Shown: one piece after another, positions 57,448 through 64,000 of the stretch
Position numbering within the stretch: position 1 is the stretch's first letter
Layout of the letters: every line of letters begins with the position of its first letter
IMG/VR virus record: IMGVR_UViG_3300050014_000899
Origin: a virus
Length of the DNA: 64,000 nucleotides
Reading direction: 5' to 3' (one strand)
Translations under genes and position numbers: made by a program
Notes under the pieces: generated by a model
The model's input: the letters and a program-made list of their open reading frames with translations, nothing else
Database searches by the model: none
Told to the model about the DNA's origin: nothing

Positions 57448-58311
57448 ATGAAAGAATTAAGAAAAGAAAAAGAATTATATATTTGTGAAGAATGTGGAAC
57501 CCTACATAAAAAAATTAATGGTTTATTAACCCATGTTGCTTTAAAACATGATAAAAAAGCATATTTTGATAAATGGAGAAAAGAAGAAATAGATGATAAA
57601 TGCAAAATTTGTAATCAAAAAACCGAATTTATTTCTGTTTTCTTAGGATATAAAAATGGATGTTGTAAAGAGCATCTGAATCAATATGTTTATAAAACTA
57701 GTCAAGAAGCTATATTTGATAGATATGGAGTTGAAAATCAGTATCAAAGAGAAGATGTAAAAAAGAAATTGAAAAAAACCTGGTTTAAAAATTATGGATT
57801 TGATAATCCTTCCAAATCTGAAGCTATAAAAAGTCAAAAAGAAAAAACTTGTTTAAAAAATAATGGAGTTAAATATGCTTTACAATCCTTAGTATTTCAG
57901 GAAAAATACAAGCAAACTTGTTTAAGAAAATATGGGGTTGAATATAGTCATCAGAATAGAGGGATTTTAGATAAAGCTCTAAAATCTAGTAGATTGCTAA
58001 AACCCTTTGCCAATACCTCGCTAAAATATCAGGGAACATATGAATTAGATTTTTTAGAAAAATATTATAATAGTTATCCAGATATTAAAAAAGGATTTTC
58101 TTTCAGATATAATTATAATGGCAAAAATAGAGTCTATCACTCTGATTTTTATATTCCTTCTTTAAATTTAATTGTCGAAATAAAAAGTTCGTATATTTTA
58201 ACACTTGATATAGAAATTGAAGAAAAAAAGAAAAGTGTTTTGAATAGCGGATATAACTATATAATGATACTTGATAAAAATTATGAAAAAATGATAAATT
58301 ATGAAAAATAA
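57448..58311 (+). CDS. putative homing endonuclease (Zn finger, YGV repeats, PD-(D/E)xK)
   Basis: CEECG..H..H, KTCLxKYGV repeats, YHSDF..IVEIKS. Confidence 0.78.
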   Translation: MKELRKEKELYICEECGTLHKKINGLLTHVALKHDKKAYFDKWRKEEIDDKCKICNQKTEFISVFLGYKNGCCKEHLNQYVYKTSQEAIFDRYGVENQYQREDVKKKLKKTWFKNYGFDNPSKSEAIKSQKEKTCLKNNGVKYALQSLVFQEKYKQTCLRKYGVEYSHQNRGILDKALKSSRLLKPFANTSLKYQGTYELDFLEKYYNSYPDIKKGFSFRYNYNGKNRVYHSDFYIPSLNLIVEIKSSYILTLDIEIEEKKKSVLNSGYNYIMILDKNYEKMINYEK

Positions 58312-59113
58312 GGTAATTGTTGGTAAGAAAATATTATTCATAGGAGACATCCACGGTAATTCAGAGTGGGAAGATCTTGTAAAAGAAGGTCTAAAATCTT
58401 TTTATGAAATTGTTTTTCTTGGCGATTATGTCGATAGTTTTCACGTTCGTCCAGTAGAACAAATTCACAATTTAAATAATCTTGTTAATTTTTTAAGCAA
58501 GCAACGTAAGATTGGTGGCAAAGTTACTGCTCTTTTGGGAAATCATGATTATGCTTATATCTATAATTATCCAGGTATAAGTGGACATAATTTTATTCAA
58601 GGACCAGAATACCGTAAGATATTCACAGATAATCTTGATTTATTTCAAATGGCCTGGGGATATGCTAGTGCCAATACTGGAAGATATACTCTTGCCAGTC
58701 ATGCAGGATTAACTCAAACATTTTGGAGTCAGTTTATGTTACCGGAAATGAATAATCCAGAAAGTACGGTTGCTCAATTAATTGCTGCTGAAGAAAGAGG
58801 AAATGGAAGTGTCGATGGCGATCCATTTAAACCGGCTCGAAAATTGGCTATTCATGAGAAGCTAAATTTTTTCAGGGATAAAAGCGACATTTTATGGAAA
58901 GTAGGATCTGATCGTGGTGGATGGGGAACTCCCGGACCACTATGGGGGGATTTCAGAGAATTGCTTGAAGATCCATACGAAGGAATTGATCAGGTTGTAG
59001 GGCATACACCCAAAATTTCTCCTTCGGTAGTTCCAAACCAGAATGGATGTTTTTATGCTTGTATTGACAATTGGGGAAATAAAAAAACAGCTAGCTTGAT
59101 CGTCTCTTTATAG
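58301..59113 (+). CDS. calcineurin-like metallophosphoesterase
   Basis: GDIHG, GDYVD, GNHD, HAG, GHT. Confidence 0.93.
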   Translation: MKNKVIVGKKILFIGDIHGNSEWEDLVKEGLKSFYEIVFLGDYVDSFHVRPVEQIHNLNNLVNFLSKQRKIGGKVTALLGNHDYAYIYNYPGISGHNFIQGPEYRKIFTDNLDLFQMAWGYASANTGRYTLASHAGLTQTFWSQFMLPEMNNPESTVAQLIAAEERGNGSVDGDPFKPARKLAIHEKLNFFRDKSDILWKVGSDRGGWGTPGPLWGDFRELLEDPYEGIDQVVGHTPKISPSVVPNQNGCFYACIDNWGNKKTASLIVSL

Positions 59114-59138
59114 AATATATAAAGAAAACGACCTACGC

Positions 59139-60176
59139 ATGAAAGTTATTATAAGTATTGATGGCGGCGGAATACGAGGAATTGTAACCGCCGCCATTTT
59201 AGATTACATCGAAAGAAAGATACAAGAAATTCAGGGGGATAATAGAATAAGAATTGGTAATCTAGTTGACTTAGTGGCTGGAACCTCTACCGGATCTATT
59301 GTTGGAGCTCTAATGCTTATTCCATCTGAAACAAGTCCATGGGCAAAATATACCATGAAAGAAATCATAGATTTGTATTTTAGTTTAGGAGAAACTGTTT
59401 TTAAATCTGACACTAAACATAATTTTAAAACTTTGTGGGGATTAATTGGTCCACAATTCTCTGCAAGTAATATCGAGGATCCATTATTAACTCAATTTAA
59501 TCATTACAAATTAAAGGACCTTATTAAACCTTGTTTATTTACTGGCTACGACATCGACAAAAGAATAGTCAATATCTACACTAACTCGGATATAGATCGA
59601 AAATATGCTGAGTATTATGTAAAGGATATTGTAAGAGGATCTACTGCTATTCCATCAATTTTTCCACCAGCTTATTTTAAAGAAGGAATTGACATTAATA
59701 CTATTGTCGATGGTGGAGTTTTTGCAGGGAATCCTTCCATGATTGCTTATATTGAAGCATTCAAAACACTTTTTGGAAAAGCAGATAATGTTGCAAATTT
59801 AGATCCTAATCAAGTTCTGATGATTTCTTTAGGAACTGGAATAGGAGTTAGAACCCCATATTCATTCAATACAGTTAAACGTTGGGGAAAAGCTCAATGG
59901 TTAATGCCGGTTCTAAATGTCCTAATGTCCGCAGCAACAGATATTACCGATTATGAAATGTCGATGATGTTTAAATCTGTTTTGAGAAATGATAACTATA
60001 AAAGAATAAATCCCCCTCTTACCCATAATGTTCAACCTTCTACCGATGCATCAAAAGAAAACATGTTGAATCTGCTGAAAGATGCCAACGATTACATCGA
60101 AGCAAATAAAGCATATCTCGATTTAATTGCACATGAAATTTGTGATCTTCACTACCTAATTAAGCTCGACGATTAA
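59139..60176 (+). CDS. patatin-like phospholipase
   Basis: DGGGIRG, GTSTG, DGG. Confidence 0.95.
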   Translation: MKVIISIDGGGIRGIVTAAILDYIERKIQEIQGDNRIRIGNLVDLVAGTSTGSIVGALMLIPSETSPWAKYTMKEIIDLYFSLGETVFKSDTKHNFKTLWGLIGPQFSASNIEDPLLTQFNHYKLKDLIKPCLFTGYDIDKRIVNIYTNSDIDRKYAEYYVKDIVRGSTAIPSIFPPAYFKEGIDINTIVDGGVFAGNPSMIAYIEAFKTLFGKADNVANLDPNQVLMISLGTGIGVRTPYSFNTVKRWGKAQWLMPVLNVLMSAATDITDYEMSMMFKSVLRNDNYKRINPPLTHNVQPSTDASKENMLNLLKDANDYIEANKAYLDLIAHEICDLHYLIKLDD

Positions 60177-60187
60177 GAAAATATACT

Positions 60188-60214
60188 AAACCCCAGCGAA
60201 AACTGGGGTTTTTT
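60188..60214 (+). terminator. intrinsic terminator
   Basis: AAACCCCAG-CGAAAA-CTGGGGTTTTTT. Confidence 0.9.
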
Positions 60215-60356
60215 GTTGTGGGCTTAACATTGAAGTAACATCATGAATTCGTATAAACCCTTAAAATACATGCACTTTCTTAGATATTTTCAGTCATATT
60301 TTAATTAAATTTTAACTATTTTACGTTATACCCCTTATCCACAAGAATACTAAACG

Positions 60357-60369
60357 TATATATAAATAA
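60357..60369 (+). promoter_or_regulatory. T4-like late promoter
   Basis: TATAAATA upstream of the prohead protease. Confidence 0.7.
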
Positions 60370-60384
60370 AAAAATAGTATTCAG

Positions 60385-62751
60385 ATGAGTCAAAGAAACG
60401 TATTGATCCTTGAAAGATCGAGCCAAAACCTTCAAAAGATAAGTAAAGAAGGAAAAGTTGTCCTAGAAGGTGTCTTTGCCGAATTCGGAGTCGAAAACAG
60501 AAATGGACGTATTTACGAGGAAAAGGAATACCTTCCACATTTGGAATATCTAAAGAAAGATATTGCATCAGGTAACTTACTTGGCGAACTAGATCACCCA
60601 GAACGTTTTGAAGTAGCCTTAGGCAGTGTTTCTCACAGAATTTCCGAACTTTGGTATGACCAATCCGCTAGACAAATTAAAGGTAGAATTGAGGTTCTCA
60701 ATACACCTAAAGGCCAGATCGCTAAATCTCTTTTAGAAGCTGGTATCCCACTTTCAATCTCTTCACGTGCCGCTGGTACGGTCAATGAAGACAAAACCGT
60801 TTCAATTCAGCAAATTTACACTTATGACTTAGTTGCTAAGCCAGGGTTTGAGAATGCCCAATTGTCAACCGTTAATGAAGGTGCTAAGGCACGTATTCAG
60901 AGTCAAATTTCTAAACTAAATGAGTCTTACAGTAAAGGTGCGTCTCATAACGTTGCCAAGACTGAATTTGGTATAGTCAATGAAAATATTACTATTGTCG
61001 ATTTAACTGACAAATTTCCATCAGTTAAGTTGAGGGAAGAGGCAATTGCCCTTCAAAACCCAAACGTTAAAAATAAAAGCGAGTTTAAAATGGAAAATGT
61101 TAATGAAGATCAGGCTCTTCAGCAATGGACAGTATTCTTTAAAAACGAGCTTAGCAAAATGAACCAAAAGTTAACTTCAATTGAGAACACTATTCTTGAA
61201 GGAACTAATGAAGGTGTTGCCAAAGAAATTGGAATTATTAAGGAATACCTTGAAAAACTAAGAGGCGTTCAAGAAAAATCTCTTAATTGGACAGGCGATA
61301 TTGCTAAAGCAGTTAACAAAGTTGCTACCTATGCAGACACTCTTGCAGAAAAGAACAACGTTCACTACAAACTTACAAAGAAAGTAGTTGAGACAGTTGA
61401 TCACAATGCTAAGACTTTAAATGCAACCCAGGACTGGGTAGGTAACAATGCAAAGATTCTTAATATTGTTGCAGAAACAGTAGACCACAATGCAGAAATG
61501 ACAAACGGTCTAAATGAATGGAACGGCCAAATTTCTAAGGCAGTTAATGCACTCCATGAATGGGGTGGCGAAAAAGCAAAAGCAATTAATGGAATTCACG
61601 AGTGGACTTCATCTATTGCAAAGAATGTAAACGAAATGGCAAACTGGTCAGAAGACATGTTCGGAAGAGCAGTTAGCAAAGAAGATGCGAAGACTCTTAT
61701 TAAATATATCGAGTTGGTAGCTGAATCCAAAAAGGATCCTGAACTCAAGGCAAAACTTGACGAAACACTATCTAAACATGGGATCACCGAAAAACCATTA
61801 ACCGAATCTATGATCACAGGAATTAAAGGAATTAAAGGACTCGGTGTTATCACAGACGTTACTAAAATTGGCAACGAAAAAGTAAACACCGATGCTGGCA
61901 AGAGTGCTGGCGTAACCTTCGATGGTAAAACTATCGTTGCGAAAATGAATAAATCTAAAGTTGGTTCTGGAAACAAACCAAAGGCTCTAAAGACGATCGA
62001 AGATCAGAAAATGGAACCAGGTAAAGTATCCGGAGCTAAAGTAAAAGGAATTATGGTTCTTGACAAAATCAGCGGAACCCTACATTCTGTAAAAGGAACC
62101 TCAACAGAAGGTAATCTCAAAACTTCAAAACAGAACATGAAGCTTGATACCAAACCTGCTGGAAAGGGATTTATAACCGAAAAACAGGAAACTCCAATTC
62201 TTACAAAGGCACCCGCCATTAAAGAAAGAGCTTCTAAACTCGATGAGAAACTAAGTGCAATCATTACCAATATCGAAAAAGAAAAGACTTTGATTGAAAA
62301 CGCGAGGGCTCAATATCCATTTATCGCTCTCTTAGCTGAAAGTGATAAGAAAGATTTTGCTGCACTATCAGACTCCGACAAAAAGAAGGTAGCCGCAGAA
62401 GTTAGCAAAAATCCAACTGTTGATTCTGGAACAATTAAAGGACTATGGTCAGCTGCATTAGTTGAAAACAAAGTTGAAGAACCATTATGGTTAGCACTTG
62501 CTCCAAAAGAGTACAAAGAGCTATACACAAAGGCTTCTCCCGTTATGCAGGAATCTATTAAAGCTAGATCAGAATTCTATCCTCTAGAAACACAGTACCA
62601 AATCATCAATTTCTGGGAAACTTCTAAGATTGCCCCAAGAACATCAAGCCTCAATGAGGTCTTCGTTGCTCCAGGCGTTAAGGGAGAAGAACCAAAAATG
62701 GACCCATTCATCGCTCAAATCGGTGAAGAAATGAAAAGGTATCAGAGATAA
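60385..62751 (+). CDS. prohead protease (gp21-like) fused to a long scaffold/core region
   Basis: EGVF..NRNGRIY, GELDHP, TPKGQI, ISSRAAG, YDLVAKPGF, then helical repeats. Confidence 0.9.
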   Translation: MSQRNVLILERSSQNLQKISKEGKVVLEGVFAEFGVENRNGRIYEEKEYLPHLEYLKKDIASGNLLGELDHPERFEVALGSVSHRISELWYDQSARQIKGRIEVLNTPKGQIAKSLLEAGIPLSISSRAAGTVNEDKTVSIQQIYTYDLVAKPGFENAQLSTVNEGAKARIQSQISKLNESYSKGASHNVAKTEFGIVNENITIVDLTDKFPSVKLREEAIALQNPNVKNKSEFKMENVNEDQALQQWTVFFKNELSKMNQKLTSIENTILEGTNEGVAKEIGIIKEYLEKLRGVQEKSLNWTGDIAKAVNKVATYADTLAEKNNVHYKLTKKVVETVDHNAKTLNATQDWVGNNAKILNIVAETVDHNAEMTNGLNEWNGQISKAVNALHEWGGEKAKAINGIHEWTSSIAKNVNEMANWSEDMFGRAVSKEDAKTLIKYIELVAESKKDPELKAKLDETLSKHGITEKPLTESMITGIKGIKGLGVITDVTKIGNEKVNTDAGKSAGVTFDGKTIVAKMNKSKVGSGNKPKALKTIEDQKMEPGKVSGAKVKGIMVLDKISGTLHSVKGTSTEGNLKTSKQNMKLDTKPAGKGFITEKQETPILTKAPAIKERASKLDEKLSAIITNIEKEKTLIENARAQYPFIALLAESDKKDFAALSDSDKKKVAAEVSKNPTVDSGTIKGLWSAALVENKVEEPLWLALAPKEYKELYTKASPVMQESIKARSEFYPLETQYQIINFWETSKIAPRTSSLNEVFVAPGVKGEEPKMDPFIAQIGEEMKRYQR

Positions 62752-62821
62752 TTGCGACGCTATGTCCCTATTTCAATGAACCGTTAAAAAATAAATAAAT
62801 AAAAATAAATAATTTTTCAAA

Positions 62822-64000
62822 ATGAAACAATTAAACGAACAACAAATCGTAGAAAAATGGAGTCCTATGATTGAGTCTACAACCGGTCTTAAAGATAAGT
62901 CAAGACTTAATTGGATTTCTAAATACGCTCATTTTCACGCCTTAAACGAGGCTGACATGGGTGGTGTATCTGCACCATATGCAACTCTATTCAATGTTCC
63001 TGGCGTTGGTAATGCTCAGCCTGCTTCTCAGGCAGCTACAACTGGTAACCAGTTCTATCAGCAAGGTACAAAGGGTTCAGGTGACAAATGGCCTGCACTT
63101 CTTCCAATGGCTCTTCAGGTTGCTGCAAGAACAGTTGGTTTCGACATCGTTAACGTAATTCCTATGGCTGGTCCAACTGGCGTAGTTTCTTACCTTGATT
63201 ATGTATACGCTGGTGGAAAACAGCCTTATGGCGCTCCTCCTGCTCACGATCCAAACTCAGCTAACCCTCCTTATTTCCAGGGAAGCAACGCAACCGGAAA
63301 ATTTGAAGCTCCACTTGCATTCAAAATCCAGCTAAAAGCTGTTGATGCTTCTGCAGTTGTAGCCGGACTTTACAATGGTGAAGTTGTTACATTCCAGAAT
63401 GGCGGACCTTCAATTCAGGTTACAGCTACTTATATTGGAAAATCACGTATTGATGGTTTTGCAATGTTTAAAACAGGCGCTTTCACAGGAACAACCAAGA
63501 ACTTAGCAGAAGTATTTGATGGCTCAGCTATCATCGTTTCTGACACATCAGTTGGTGGTGTTGTTACTACTTACCCAACCTTAGTTTCTACTCTTGAAGA
63601 TCAGATCCAGGGATTCACTGGCGCTGGCGAACAGGACAATAACGCATGGCAGGGAACATTCGTATCAGGTACAACCCTTTACGAACCTATGGAAAGAGGC
63701 GTTGGTGAAATGCAGTACCCAAGGGCTTTAGGTCTTCAGGTATTCACCAAATTCGTTACCGTTGGAACTTACCAGGTATCAGTTTCTGTAACTCAGGAAC
63801 AAATTCAGGACCTTAACAAACAGTGGGGTATTGATGTTATCGCAATGGTAGAAAACGCTGGTATCAACGAAATCAGCCAGTCAATTAACAAACACATCCT
63901 TTCAAGATTATTCGGTCTAGGATGGAAGAACCACCTTAGAGCTTACAATGCTGAAGCTATTAACCTTAACTTCAGAGTAGACTCATCAGCTGACGGCGTA
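62822..64000 (+). CDS. major capsid protein (T4 gp23-like), 3' truncated
   Basis: MKQLNEQQIVEKWSP..VAARTVGFDIVNVIPMAGPTG..EQIQDL..EISQSINKHIL; open to the window end. Confidence 0.92.
   Translation, partial: MKQLNEQQIVEKWSPMIESTTGLKDKSRLNWISKYAHFHALNEADMGGVSAPYATLFNVPGVGNAQPASQAATTGNQFYQQGTKGSGDKWPALLPMALQVAARTVGFDIVNVIPMAGPTGVVSYLDYVYAGGKQPYGAPPAHDPNSANPPYFQGSNATGKFEAPLAFKIQLKAVDASAVVAGLYNGEVVTFQNGGPSIQVTATYIGKSRIDGFAMFKTGAFTGTTKNLAEVFDGSAIIVSDTSVGGVVTTYPTLVSTLEDQIQGFTGAGEQDNNAWQGTFVSGTTLYEPMERGVGEMQYPRALGLQVFTKFVTVGTYQVSVSVTQEQIQDLNKQWGIDVIAMVENAGINEISQSINKHILSRLFGLGWKNHLRAYNAEAINLNFRVDSSADGV

Noticed and set aside
1545-58311. Endonucleases as group I intron-encoded ORFs
   Set aside because: Flanking genes are complete and no intron cores are visible; nearly all have their own ATATATA promoter, so they are free-standing.
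59139-60176. CBASS operon (CapV-like patatin)
   Set aside because: No adjacent CD-NTase or other CBASS gene; it is a stand-alone patatin.
366-62528. Short minus-strand ORFs
   Set aside because: They are antisense shadows of well-supported plus-strand genes; only 21214..21729 has real motifs.
1-64000. CRISPR array
   Set aside because: No regularly spaced identical repeats; the recurring motifs are promoters, tRNA arms or RNA scaffolds.
1-64000. Stop-codon reassignment (TAG or TGA recoding)
   Set aside because: Conserved genes are intact in code 11, and TAG and TGA end genes at sensible positions. No CTA-anticodon tRNA was seen, and the ligase break needs a frameshift, not read-through.

Overview
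This 64 kb window comes from a large, AT-rich T4-like (jumbo) myophage, almost all coded on the + strand in the standard genetic code. The host is probably Bacteroidota, judging by TAnnTTTG promoters and a TonB-dependent receptor. The window holds a dispersed NAD+ salvage set (nadE, pncA, pncB, nadR, nadD, pnuC), about 13 free-standing homing endonucleases, translation and tRNA-maintenance genes (L7/L12, PDF, Pth2, Thg1, a frameshifted RNA ligase, a compact RNase P-like RNA), about 35 tRNA or tRNA-like genes, and the start of the head module (prohead protease/scaffold and major capsid protein). The main observation is that both large tRNA operons begin with a promoter, a short leader ORF, an antiterminator segment and an intrinsic terminator. 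In each case the leader's sensing codons match the anticodons of that operon: S/I/H/T for one, and R/A/N/M/D/F/V/W/G/K for the other. This looks like ribosome-mediated attenuation that turns on phage tRNA supply when the matching host tRNAs are depleted. Other unusual RNAs are six Y-RNA-like scaffolds with interchangeable tRNA-derived cargo, a 23S rRNA helix 69 mimic, and tRNAs with rewired D-arms or anticodon insertions. All calls were made by eye and no database searches were run.
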